A stretch of 63,695 nucleotides of DNA, filler included, from Octopus bimaculoides (Eukaryota), in assembly GCF_001194135.2 (NCBI RefSeq). It is 5 parts of 4 records of this genome, joined end to end, with 100 filler letters (N's around TTAATTAATTAA, not from the genome) between each part and the next. Parts side by side here need not be neighbours in the genome. Positions count along the whole stretch, not along the records: positions 41,024 to 48,566 come from NC_068992.1; positions 48,667 to 61,845 come from NC_068984.1; 3 more parts are not named here. One strand, written 5' to 3'. Numbering within the stretch: position 1 is the first letter of the stretch; each line of letters starts with the position of its first letter. The notes under the pieces were generated by a model, which worked only from the letters and a program-made list of their open reading frames with translations, was not told the origin of the DNA and ran no database searches. The position numbers and the translations under genes were made by a program. This document shows positions 41,029 to 53,699 of this stretch, piece by piece.

Positions 41029-41195
41029 AGGCGCAGGAGTGGCTGTGTGGTAAGTAGCTTGCTTACCAACCACATGGTTCCGGGTTCAGTCCCACTGTGT
41101 GGCACCTTGGGCAAGTGTCTTCTACTATAGCCTCGGGCCGACCAAAGCCTTGTGAGTGGATTTGGTAGACGGAAACTGAAAGAAGCCTGTCGTAT
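41029..41195 (+). mobile_element. SINE family B head (tRNA-derived, CORE-like body), well preserved
   Basis: A box tggctgtgtggtaag, B box ggttcagtccc, then ccttgggcaagtgtctt, which resembles the CORE-SINE motif. It possibly belongs to the described octopus OR-type SINEs; this is unverified. Confidence 0.8.
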
Positions 41196-41497
41196 ATATG
41201 TAGATATAGATTTATACACAGACGCACATATACACATATATAAATATATACATACATACATATGTGTGTGTATGTGTGAATGTCTGTGTATGTAGGATGA
41301 AATATATGCATAATATTTGAATGTTAGCAATACATTCATGTTAAATATAATATTCGATACAGTATATAATATACACAAATGTCTGATAGACGATAAATAC
41401 GTGTCAATATAGATATATCCTTGCTCAAACAGGTGTACATAAGATAAGTTTACTGTGATATATATATATGCATGCATACATAAATATATGTGTGTTT

Positions 41498-41536
<39 letters not shown>

Positions 41537-43268
41537 TGTGTGTGTGTGTGTGTGTGTGATGTAGGGCATATATTGGTCTTGTGTATATTATACTTGTTTG
41601 ATCAAACGCATGTATATATTATTCATTTGATCATTTTAGCTTATACACACTCTGATGTAACATAAAGAATTCCATCCGATGTTATACATACATGCACGAT
41701 ATTCAATATATAGATGTCTCGTATTGTTAAATATACATCTCTCGAAACGCCGGTGTTAAAATGGGGGTAGCTGATGAAGGAAAATGTTCTCTATGTGGCT
41801 TGTGTGTTTTCTGTACTCTGGTTATTATTACTTTCTTGTTTACGTTTTGTTTGCAATGTCCTGTACCCAGATATGCACCTATATATACAGGTAGACGTAG
41901 GTATGCACATACCTGTACGTATATATGCATATACTCATTTATTATTTGTTTTATATATATATATATATNNNNNNNNNNNNNNNNNNNNNNNNNNNNNNNN
42001 NNNNNNNNNNNNNNNNNNNNNNNNNNNNNNNNNNNNNNNNNNNNNNNNNNNNNNNNNNNNNNNNNNNNNNNNNNNNNNNNNNNNNNNNNNNNNNNNNNNN
42101 NNNNNNNNNNNNNNNNNNNNNNNNNNNNNNNNNNNNNNNNNNNNNNNNNNNNNNNNNNNNNNNNNNNNNNNNNNNNNNNNNNNNNNNNNNNNNNNNNNNN
42201 NNNNNNNNNNNNNNNNNNNNNNNNNNNNNNNNNNNNNNNNNNNNNNNNNNNNNNNNNNNNNNNNNNNNNNNNNNNNNNNNNNNNNNNNNNNNNNNNNNNN
42301 NNNNNNNNNNNNNNNNNNNNNNNNNNNNNNNNNNNNNNNNNNNNNNNNNNNNNNNNNNNNNNNNNNNNNNNNNNNNNNNNNNNNNNNNNNNNNNNNNNNN
42401 NNNNNNNNNNNNNNNNNNNNNNNNNNNNNNNNNNNNNNNNNNNNNNNNNNNNNNNNNNNNNNNNNNNNNNNNNNNNNNNNNNNNNNNNNNNNNNNNNNNN
42501 NNNNNNNNNNNNNNNNNNNNNNNNNNNNNNNNNNNNNNNNNNNNNNNNNNNNNNNNNNNNNNNNNNNNNNNNNNNNNNNNNNNNNNNNNNNNNNNNNNNN
42601 NNNNNNNNNNNNNNNNNGTGTGTGTCTGTGTGTGTCTAATTATATCATATATATATATATATGTATATGTATATATATAATATATGTTTACATATTTCAT
42701 TTATATACATATATATATATACATATATATGTATATATATGTATATGTATGTATATATATCTATATATATATATTTATATATATGCATGTATTGGATCTA
42801 GGCTACGGATATATGTTGTAAAGAATCTTATTAAATTATATTACATACATGCATACATACATATATACATACATAAATATATACATATATATATACAAGA
42901 TATATATATATATATATGACTGTGTGTGTTTGTGAGCGTATATATACATGTTAAATATATACATAAATACAGACGTATATGTATAACAATTTCTGTATGT
43001 GTATGTGTCAAAGCCTTTATGTGTTGACCCACAAACACACATACACACCTATTTAGTGTATAAAAATGGTTGGGCTGTTTTAATAGATAATATTGATTTG
43101 CAACTAACTTTATTAATCCATCTCTTTATTCCTCATTTCGATCTCAAGTATTCCTTGTAAAAACATCTATCTACCTACCTATCTATATATCTGTCAATCT
43201 ATTTATCTGTCTATCTATCTATTCATTTGTCTGTCAATCTATCTATGTATTTATCTATCTATCCATCT

Positions 43269-43301
<33 letters not shown>

Positions 43302-43562
43302 AACACACACACTTATATATATATATATATATANNNNNNNNNNNNNNNNNNNNNNNNNNNNNNNNNNNNNNNNNNNNNNNNNNNNNNNNNNNNNNNNNNN
43401 NNNNNNNNNNNNNNNNNNNNNNNNNNNNNNNNNNNNNNNNNNNNNNNNNNNNNNNNNNNNNNNNNNNNNNNNNNNNNNNNNNNNNNNNNNNNNNNNNNNN
43501 NNNNNNNNNNNNNNNNNNNNNNNNNNNNNNNNNNNNNNNNNNNNNNNNNNNNATATATATGG

Positions 43563-43765
43563 TCTTTTACTCTTTTACTTGTTTTCGACTGCGGCCATGC
43601 TGGAGCACCGCCTTTGGTCGAGAAAATCGACCCCTGGACTTATTCTTTGTAAGCCTAGTACTTATTCTATCGGGCTCTTTTGCTGAACCGCTAAGTTACC
43701 GGGACGTAAACACACCAGTATCGGTTGTCAAGCAATGATGGGGGAAACAAACGCAGACGCACACA
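43563..43765 (-). mobile_element. SINE family B, 3' half
   Basis: tcttttactcttttacttg...gcggccatgctggagcaccgcc...ccgctaagttacc...gttgtcaagc. Confidence 0.8.
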
Positions 43766-43770
43766 CATAT

Positions 43771-43815
<45 letters not shown>

Positions 43816-43961
43816 TATACTTAAATTTCTTCATATTTAAACATATACATAAATATATAAGTATATATGTTTGTTTGTGTGTGCCTATGTGTGTCTGTGT
43901 TTGTGTGTGTTTGGAGGGGGGAGAGAAAGCGAGAGATAGAGTAGGATAAAGAAACACGTTC

Positions 43962-43992
<31 letters not shown>

Positions 43993-44044
43993 TGTATGTA
44001 TGTGTATGTATGCATGTGTGTATGTATGTACGTACATGCATACA

Positions 44045-44413
44045 TCCAGTAACCTGTTTAGGTTTGCCCTTGGGCAGGTCATGTTCCTGTGAACCTCCTC
44101 CCCTAATCTCCATGCGCCGTGGCTGGGTCCGAACCCTCCCCTGTAACCGTTATTTACATTGCTGAAACTTCAGTTCGAATGACTAGACCTTCCCGTTGCC
44201 TTCTCCAGGCTGGTGGGACAGGGGCCCAGGACGTAGACTGTCGGATGATAAACCACAACCATTCGGGTCGACACGCCAACAAATCCGTCGCTCTCCCACC
44301 TGCAAAGCAGCGTGAGAAGAAGTATTTTGCTCAAGAACATAACACACTTCACGGTCCGAGAATCGAACTCTTAATCTAGCCATCATGAATGTAACAACCT
44401 AACCACCAGACCA
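44045..44413 (-). mobile_element. SINE family E head fused to an unassigned GC-rich segment
   Basis: 44310-44413 is a tRNA-like head. 44045-44310 departs from the family E body seen at 30541-30660. Confidence 0.5.
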
Positions 44414-44447
44414 TTATACATATGTGTGTCTGCGCGCGCTTGCGTGT

Positions 44448-44493
<46 letters not shown>

Positions 44494-44944
44494 CGATACA
44501 GTTACCCTTATTTCCCATCCTTTATAATTTAGTTTCCTGTTACTAATCCTATATCTTTCCGTAAATATGAACTATATTAATACATGCATACATACATACA
44601 TACATACATACATACATACATACATACATACATACATACATACATACAGGCATATACATATACATATATGTACATATATGTACATATATGTTTTTTACAC
44701 TCAACTACTCGGCTCTGATTTATCCGTTATCAACATCAGTGTCTGCCAGCCCAGCTGGGTATCACTTCAGCTGTTTTATTAAGCGTTCTCCGTGTGTTTG
44801 GGTGTGTGCGTACATACCTATGAGCACATGCAGTCACACCCCTCCCCATATATATTTATATATACGCACACACATATATATATATATAAAATGTATATTT
44901 GCAAGTATGTATGTATGCATATGTATGTATATACATACACACAT

Positions 44945-44980
<36 letters not shown>

Positions 44981-46242
44981 GTATGTACGTATGTATGTAT
45001 GTATGCATGTATGTATGTATGCATGTATGCATATGTATGTATGTATATACATTCGTATGTACGTGCAAGAGTGATAAAGAAAGAGAGAGTGTGCTCTGAG
45101 TTCAAATTACAACGGAGAGACAATATTAAAAATAAGCTAAAATATGCTCTAAGTCTCGTGCAATGAAAGCTCCTTCTTTATTATAATTTATTTCGGACGA
45201 AACCATTGCGATAACAATATCCGGCTAATAACATAAAGCAGATGATAGATCCATGTTCTGAGTGTGCGATACATGCATATACGAAATTATAATCTGCAGA
45301 AAAATACTTAAATTTGTTTAATTAGTATATTTATTAACGTAAGTTAGATATATTATATCGGACCTCAATACTGTGCGGTCTCAGGTGCCCCTTGCCAGGC
45401 CGCTGATATTAATGGCTTAGATGCTTTTAGTATGCAAATTAGAAACCCCATTTCTCTGCACCTGCTGGTGTTCTTGTGTATATGAAAAGCTTGGCTACTA
45501 TTTTTCTGGTATTGATGCAGACACATCTGATGAGAACCCGATAATGATTGGAAATCGATTTGGACTTTTCACCTAGCTTTTCTCAGCCAGTGGAGAAATA
45601 GATAAAGTTGTCCTGCTTATGTTTTGCACGTTTGTTATTCACACGCACACATAAAGATAATGAATAAGCATACATACGCACACACATATACACACACACA
45701 CACATATATGTATATATATATAGAAATAATGTATGATTATATGCATGTATGTACATACCTACATCTACATGTATATATAGATGCATATCTGGGTACATGA
45801 CGTTACAAAAAAACATGGACAAAATGATAAACAAGGTACAGAAAACACACATAGAGACCATTTCTTTCATATATATATATACACACGCACACAACCACAC
45901 GCTTATGTATATATATTTCTCTAGTGTTATTTAAACCTAAAACTGCACGGCAAATTGCCATTCTCAAGAACTCCAAGTGTAATTAGATAATTTACATTAT
46001 GTAACCGAGAATCAACATTTGTTAATGAAATGTACGCAAGATGGCATAAATTAATATCAAATAAACGATCTACCATATTTGGATTTATTTTCTACTCCTA
46101 TCTCTCAGACTACATTATCCTTCCAATCATTTGGAACTCAGAACCATGTGATTAAGAAGCGAACTACTTACCGCGCAGCCACACCTGCACTTCTACATGT
46201 GTGTGTGTGTATGTACATATATATATATATATACATATATAC

Positions 46243-46273
<31 letters not shown>

Positions 46274-46320
46274 CTTATATACATTAATATATATATACTT
46301 ATATACATATAAATATATAT

Positions 46321-46662
46321 AGGTGTTTCGCTCATAAACACACACATCGCCCAGTCTCAGATTCGAACCCGCGATCCCTTGACTGCAAGTCCACTGCTCT
46401 AACCACTTGGTCATACGCCTCCACTTTACATTAGTATACATTGAAGTTATTCTAGAGTTCACGAGGCACCATGCTGGCAGAATTATTGGCGCGGAGGACA
46501 AAATGCTTAGGGGCCTCCCTTCCGGATATTTACGTTCCAGTTCCGACGAGATGAACGCTGACTTTAATACATCCATAATCGGTGAAACATTGTGCCAGTC
46601 AAGCACCTGTGCTGATGCAATCGATTTCTGCCTTCTCATCAAGATTGCTGGCTTTGTGCCAG
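46321..46662. mobile_element. SINE family E head (-, 46321-46423) and degenerate SINE A (+, 46463-46662)
   Basis: gattcgaacccgcgatcc...ctaaccacttgg; gctggcagaattattggcgcggaggacaaaatgcttag. Confidence 0.65.
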
Positions 46663-46811
46663 GCGACAGACCGGCGTCCCGATCAAGGGTGATGTTCTGA
46701 TTTTGATCATTCAAACGCCTTCGACATTTTCGGAACCAAAGAAATCTTTAATCCAAGATTTACGACAGGTTATTGATAGCAGCCTTATTTATTCGATATC
46801 AACTGTTCAAA

Positions 46812-47283
46812 GGGCGTGGGTGTGTGGTAAGAACGTTGCTCCACAATTTCATGGTTCCGGGTTCAGTTTTACTGCGTAGCGTCTTGAGAAGTGTCTTCTG
46901 CTATAGCCTCGGGTCACTAAACCCTTGTGAGTGGATTCGGTAGACACCAACTGAAGGAAGCCTGTTGTGTATATATACGGGAGCGTGCTCGGGGCGGCGG
47001 ACTGTAAAGTTCCTGGTTTTAAGTAGATCGCGAAAGGTTTGGTTGGAGGTCAAACATACAACTGAACATAAAAAACAAACAGTAGTAATATATATGGGTT
47101 TGTGCGTGTGTGTGTGTGTGTGTGTGTATGTCTGTGTGTCTGTGTTTTTTTCCCCCAAACTATTTTCTAACTGGTGCAGGTGTGTTTACGTCCTCGTAAC
47201 TTTGAGGTTAGGCAAAAAGTACGATCGAATAAGTATGTGACTTTAAAAACTGAAGTACGGAAGTTCATTCCTTTGACTAAAGA
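46812..47283 (+). mobile_element. SINE family B, near full length
   Basis: Head like 41029, (TG)n linker, and a 3' part matching the reverse complement of 43563-43765. Confidence 0.8.
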
Positions 47284-47976
47284 ATTGCGTGTGTGCGTTT
47301 CATTCTCTTACATTGTATAGCTACAATCCGACACCAATCCACGACCTCCACCACCACCACCACCAATATCACCACCACCACCATCGCCAACTGCCCGTTT
47401 TACAGTGTCGGTTAATCCGTTTCTTCATCAACAACTGGAAATGATGAGTACCAGAAGACTGAGATGCTGATATATATCTGTATACATACATATACATATA
47501 TATATATATTTATATATATACGTATACATATATATATATTTATATATATATGTAAATATATAAATGTATATATATATATGTATATATATATNNNNNNNNN
47601 NNNNNNNNNNNNNNNNNNNNNNNNNNNNNNNNNNNNNNNNNNNNNNNNNNNNNNNNNNNNNNNNNNNNNNNNNNNNNNNNNNNNNNNNNNNNNNNNNNNN
47701 NNNNNNNNNNNNNNNNNNNNNNNNNNNNNNNNNNNNNNNNNNNNNNNNNNNNNNNNNNNNNNNNNNNNNNNNNNNNNNNNNNNNNNNNNNNNNNNNNNNN
47801 NNNNNNATATATATATATATATATACATGTATACATATGTACATATATGCACATAAATAATATACGTGTATGTATATATGTATATATGTATATATGCATA
47901 TATATGTACATATATTCATATATACGCACAGGACATATTAATTTATACACAAATATGTATGTGCGCGCGCGTATGT

Positions 47977-48010
<34 letters not shown>

Positions 48011-48529
48011 TCAGCGTGACATTTGATAAGGCATGGCGTGTGAGGTATTCTAGATCAGTATATCATTTCAAAGAGATTGAAAATAAAACCATATTGGTCT
48101 AGATTGCTTCTACAGGCGCATTATCACACTCAGATAAAGATAAAGTGAAGGAGTGCACAAGAGATACAAGAGGTATACACACACATACACACATACTCAC
48201 TTATGTATGCATATATATTTACATGAAGGAAGAGGCGCACATACACACACGCGCGCGCGCGCAAGCACACACACGCAAGCACACACATACGCATATACAT
48301 ATATGTACGTGCACAGATTGTCAAAACGAGAAAGTTTAGTGATAGCTGAAGCGAAGAGAAGACAACTTAAAACACCAGATGTCGCCGTGTCACACATTTT
48401 CGTTTTCTCTCTTCTTCATTCTAAGCCAAAAGCTATATTCTTGCTCCTCGCCATGGTTCATATAGACACCTTACACACTCCTCTGAATTCTGATTTCTTT
48501 TCGCCTGCATGCATGTGTGTGTGTGCGTA

Positions 48530-48564
<35 letters not shown>

Positions 48565-48689
48565 TGNNNNNNNNNNNNNNNNNNNNNNNNNNNNNNNNNN
48601 NNNNNNNNNNTTAATTAATTAANNNNNNNNNNNNNNNNNNNNNNNNNNNNNNNNNNNNNNNNNNNNAGTAGCTGATCTTTACAACCATA

Positions 48690-48948
<259 letters not shown>

Positions 48949-49775
48949 CGCTACAATCATTATAATTATCAATGTTATTATAACAGTCTGCTTTTTGCAC
49001 GGGTCTCAATTTAACAATAATGTATGTATAGGAATACTTAATGGGCACAGATTGTAGAAACGTCTGTGATGTAAGGGTAACATAAATGAGAGAAGTGTTG
49101 GTGTTCTTGAGCTTTGATTCAAACAGCAGCCTTCTCAAAGTCTGAAATAATGGATTAGGATAGATGATGCATTCGACAAGTAGGTTCTAGGTATACAGTG
49201 TCATCAAATAATAAAGGAAACTTCTTCTACGATAAATCTGCGATTTATTTGAACAAAAGTTATAAGTGATGGATACTAATTAACATGATGTTTTCTTTTC
49301 AAGGAGTATCGAGTATTTGTCATAAACTGCTTGTCTGAAAATGAGGCAATATGTAATATGTAAAATGAGGCATTATTTAAAAGTTTCTGAAGACTACAAA
49401 GTTTATTTACCTCAGCTTAAATTCATTAGAAGAATGTTAATCAATTGACTCGTTGTATTTGAATAAGAGATATTGTATGGCGACAGTGCACTAAGACAGT
49501 ATTCATTATTGAAGGTGGTTGATTATAATTATATTGGCTACTATAAATTAATCTAGAGACGATGGAAAATTTACTCAGAATGGAATTTCAATGTTTGCTT
49601 TTTGGCAGATAATGTGTAATTTGTATTTTATGGCCATGTATAATTATTATTTATGAATAAAGGAATGATAGAGAATAGTCTATCAACTTGGAGGAAGGTA
49701 GTATGCAATTATGCACTGTTCACAAGAAATAAGGAACTGTGTGAAATTCAATATTCGTGTTTTATCCCCTGTCAG

Positions 49776-49883
49776 CCGTAGACGTAAAAAAAGTTGTGAT
49801 AAAATTCCGATTCAATACGTATCACAATATCAATTTTCATTTTGAAACATTTCCCATAATACTCCCTCTTCAGTTTAAACAGC
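49776..49883 (+). CDS. Candidate coding exon (108 nt, phase 1-1): VDVKKVVIKFRFNTYHNINFHFETFPIILPLQFKQ
   Basis: Acceptor ttttatcccctgtcag, donor agc|gtgagt, one open frame. No homology recognised. Confidence 0.3.
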
Positions 49884-51041
49884 GTGAGTTGCATAAGATA
49901 TTATTGTTGGGTGTGGTAGTATTGTTGTTAATAAGTGTTGAGTGATATTTTAGAAGATTTTGCATCAATAAAATATAAATGAAGAACAAAAAGAATACTT
50001 TTCGGTAATTTCTATTTTTCATTAAATTTATGAAAGGTTATATTAGATTTGAAAGTTTATAAATTTTCAAGTTTTAAAAAAAAAGAATACGCACATAAAC
50101 ATTGGGGCGAGTTTCCATATTATCCACTGGGTCCTACATTAATGGTCAATTAACTGTAATTCCTTCATTGACCATTGTAATAATGCCTCAAAATTGCTTT
50201 TTAACTCATAAAACACGTTTCTGAAATTCACATATCCTCATCTTGCACACACAAGCCATATATGTAAAGCAACCGAATAGATCAAGCCTATATCTGCACT
50301 GACCATTCGTACCTCTCGTTATTAAATAGCTTCTTCCTTGTTACACCTACAGAGAAGAAAAGAGAAATATTCTCCTAGTTTTAGCAAAGTTCTTGCAAAT
50401 ACACAGGGTCCTCCTGTTGGGTAATCCTTACCACAGCTTTTGAGATCAGTCAATGCATCAAATTTATTCATATCTTTTTGAAGATTATGTAAAATTATAC
50501 TTATGTAATCATTATAGATTTATCATTGAAAGTTTAAATTAATGATTTCTATTGCCTAAATCTCAGAAACATGTGTTGAGATTGAAGATATGAATATGGT
50601 GCCGTACCTGACAACGAAAAATAATTTATATTCCGTTCTATTCAAGACAGTATTAAAATACAATACACCACCGTTCTTCAGATCTGCATGTGACAACTAT
50701 CAACGGCAAAAGATGTTTCATTGAAATTTGACTGCAATGACTTAGGACTGCTTTGAATCTATAATACCCAAATCTCCATAATACCCAAGGACTCCTAGAA
50801 TCCATAATACCCAAAAGGCGAGCTCAATACAACACTTCAGTTATGAACATTCCCGCTAATTAGAATTATAGCTTATGGTACAGAATGATATCTAAACAAT
50901 ATTTACTAGGTTTACTATTAAGGTGTTATGATAAGAATTTGCAACGACGGTAAAAGGATGTGAATTAAAATGTTGTAGAATTCATTTAGGAATAGATTTT
51001 CATTTTTGTTTCCTTAATTTATGACGTTTGATTTTCCTAAG

Positions 51042-51175
51042 ATATGGAGCAGTATACGCATAAAACTTTATGGTCACGTCAAGTAAACATGCATACTGAA
51101 GAGTACGCAAAATATAAAATGCAGAATGTTACAGAATTACTTCAAGTAAAACGTAGTGCAGAGAGGAGACGGAGG
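51042..51175 (+). CDS. Candidate coding exon (134 nt, phase 1-0): MEQYTHKTLWSRQVNMHTEEYAKYKMQNVTELLQVKRSAERRRR
   Basis: Acceptor ttgattttcctaag, donor agg|gtaaga, open frame. No homology recognised. Confidence 0.33.
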
Positions 51176-51530
51176 GTAAGATATGTGTGTTTTAGAATAT
51201 AGAGTAGAGATAATTTCGACACTAACGGAAAGGAAAGTTATGTCACCTGAAGTAGGAAAATAAAATGCAGAATCAAACGATGTTAGTCTATGTGACTTTT
51301 CGATAAGATAACGTCATAAAATCTACTATCTTATGCTCACTTTGTTCAAAAGTTGTGGACATTATTGTTCAGACACTATACAGTCATAAGAACTTGCAGA
51401 CTACATGTAATACACAGTGCAGTGTTTGGTGAATTAGTAATATCGGTAGCGGAGGGTAGGAGAGCATGATATGATTGAAATATGTTGAAATTTCTCAATA
51501 AACAAATTAAAATCAATATTATTTTCTTAG

Positions 51531-51548
51531 GAACTTTACACTATTTTG
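51531..51548 (+). CDS. Candidate 18-nt microexon (ELYTIL)
   Basis: attattttcttag|gaactttacactattttg|gtatgt; phase 0-0. Confidence 0.22.
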
Positions 51549-52478
51549 GTATGTATACATACAAATACGCGCTTGTTCATGCGTCATAGACGCAATATTT
51601 TTTTCGGTCATTACAATATTAGCGTATAATGGATATAAAGGTGTTAATTATGCATTTTAAAAATGATGTACAGCATAAATATCAAAGCCTGCCATTCTCC
51701 TTCTGGAAGCGTAATGCTACTGTAATTTTAGTTAAAGTTTATGTACAAAATATACTATGCGTATAATCATCACTGAAATGTGTAATGATTACTCTATCCG
51801 TAGATAGTAAAGATATCACTTTACTAGATACCACTTTTTCCTCGGTGAAAATATTACAGAAAACAAATTATTGAAAGCAATGTTCCAGCAGAATCCGACG
51901 CCGGATAAGCTATCATCATTTTCATTAAAATTATTTATTGAACACATCTTCTGTCCTATTCTTTCTTATTGTACGTTGTTGTTGTTGTTTTGATTAGCAA
52001 ATATGAACTATCTAATCAATATGCAAACGCATTGCAAAGTACTCTGAATCAGTATAATGTATCTTTACTATTTAAATAGAAATTAATGAATTAAGTAATA
52101 TAATACCATTGAATTTATATTTCTTTAACGGAAATCGTCATTTATGTTGGAAATTCATTAGAATTTAATAAAACAATAAAATATCACTGACTATATTATG
52201 TTAGTGATCTTATGTAATTTATGTTACATGATAATTGTATTAATCTGCATTGAAAGTAAGCATTTAATGCAGCATTAATTTGTCGAAACCGTTTATTTTC
52301 AAACAGAAACACAGCATACCCTCTACAAACACAACATTTCAGAATACAATAAGAAGCTTTGATACACAGTACAAGTAAAACTTATCTATTGAAGCAGGCA
52401 AATATATGCAGGCAATTTCGTATCCTGTTCTGTGCTTTAAAATAAGCAAATTCATTGGTAATATCCAACATTCTCCAG

Positions 52479-52501
52479 ATGTCTGCCTCTTTCTCCGTTC
52501 A
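52479..52501 (+). CDS. Candidate 23-nt microexon (MSASFSVQ in phase 0)
   Basis: caacattctccag|atgtctgcctctttctccgttca|gtgagt. Confidence 0.2.
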
Positions 52502-53235
52502 GTGAGTACTCACAGTATACAGGTAACACATATTGCAGAAAAAATACAGTCAAATGTTAGTTGATCATTTCATGAACGTAAGAAGTGTTAACTATTTGTT
52601 TTTTTATGCTATGGTAATTGAAAGAGAATATCATAAGGACGCTTAAAATTGTATAGATATTTTCAGTTTCTGTGAAACTTTATTGTCGTTTTTCCACATT
52701 AATGAGATTCATGTATGATATGACCATATGGGACGGCTAATAAATATAAGACAACTTACTGAAATTCTCTTGTGATACGTAGGAACCACTTCGAGGGCAA
52801 AAATAGCTAATGAATATTTCAAACGATTGGTAGTATTACTACAATATTTAGAAACATCACCGAATTGAAATACTTGTTTTAAAATGTCCACTTATATGAT
52901 CTAAGGGAATAATAATAATTTAACGTAAACTGGAATGTGAATTTCAAAGAATATATTAACGTGTTTTATATTAGCTTCTTATTTCAATTTATAGTTGAGA
53001 GTAACCTCCAGTGTTCTGTTGTTGGTTGCATCGAAGGCAATATATACTTTTTTGTGCATCTTTATTTTATTGAATCATATTTCACAAAGTTGCGAAAGCT
53101 GCACTTCTCTCTCGCTTTATATATATATATATNNNNNNNNNNNNNNNNNNNNNNNNNNNNNNNNNNNNNNNNNNNNNNNNNNNNNNNNNNNNNNNNNNNN
53201 NNNNNNNNNNNNNNNNNNNNNNNNNNNNNNNNNNA

Positions 53236-53640
53236 GTTTGAGGAGGGTATTGGATTTAACCAAACCCCGGAGGATACAGGTAATACCGAGTAAGTGCTGT
53301 ATACTGATTAGTTTGCCCCAATTGTTGTATGAACAGGATTGGGTATTATAAGTCGTGTATTAGCGTGTGCATATGTAAATATATAAAAACAAAAGGATAA
53401 AGAGAGCAAAGGTAAGGCTGAAGAATTTTATGGATAGGGCACTTATAAACATAAAACACCCAGCTAATATGCATATCATAAATTATATCTGTATGCAGAA
53501 CAATAGAGTAAGCAGGTATTTCCACAAGTTGAAAATGTGACAATGATTGTTCATTCCAGCGACAGGGTTTTGTACGCTTGTAAGAAACCAGCTCCTCCTT
53601 TACAGAAAACCTTTCAATAGTGAATGATAGAAGAAAACAT
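53236..53640 (-). mobile_element. Penelope-like 3' terminal fragment
   Basis: Shares about 180 bp with 5586-5770. The minus strand has a weak endonuclease C-terminus-like trace (gtacaaaaccctgtcgctggaatgaac). Confidence 0.5.
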
Positions 53641-53699
53641 TTATACATAAATACATACAAACATATACATATATATGCATATATATAAACATATATAAT

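Noticed and set aside
41029-41110. tRNA-like A/B boxes (also in families A and E)
   Set aside because: No complete cloverleaf, and each continues into a SINE body, so these are SINE heads and not tRNA genes.
45527-45560. CTGATGA...GAAA-TCGAT hammerhead-like string
   Set aside because: Stem II and stem I do not pair convincingly; at best a decayed remnant.
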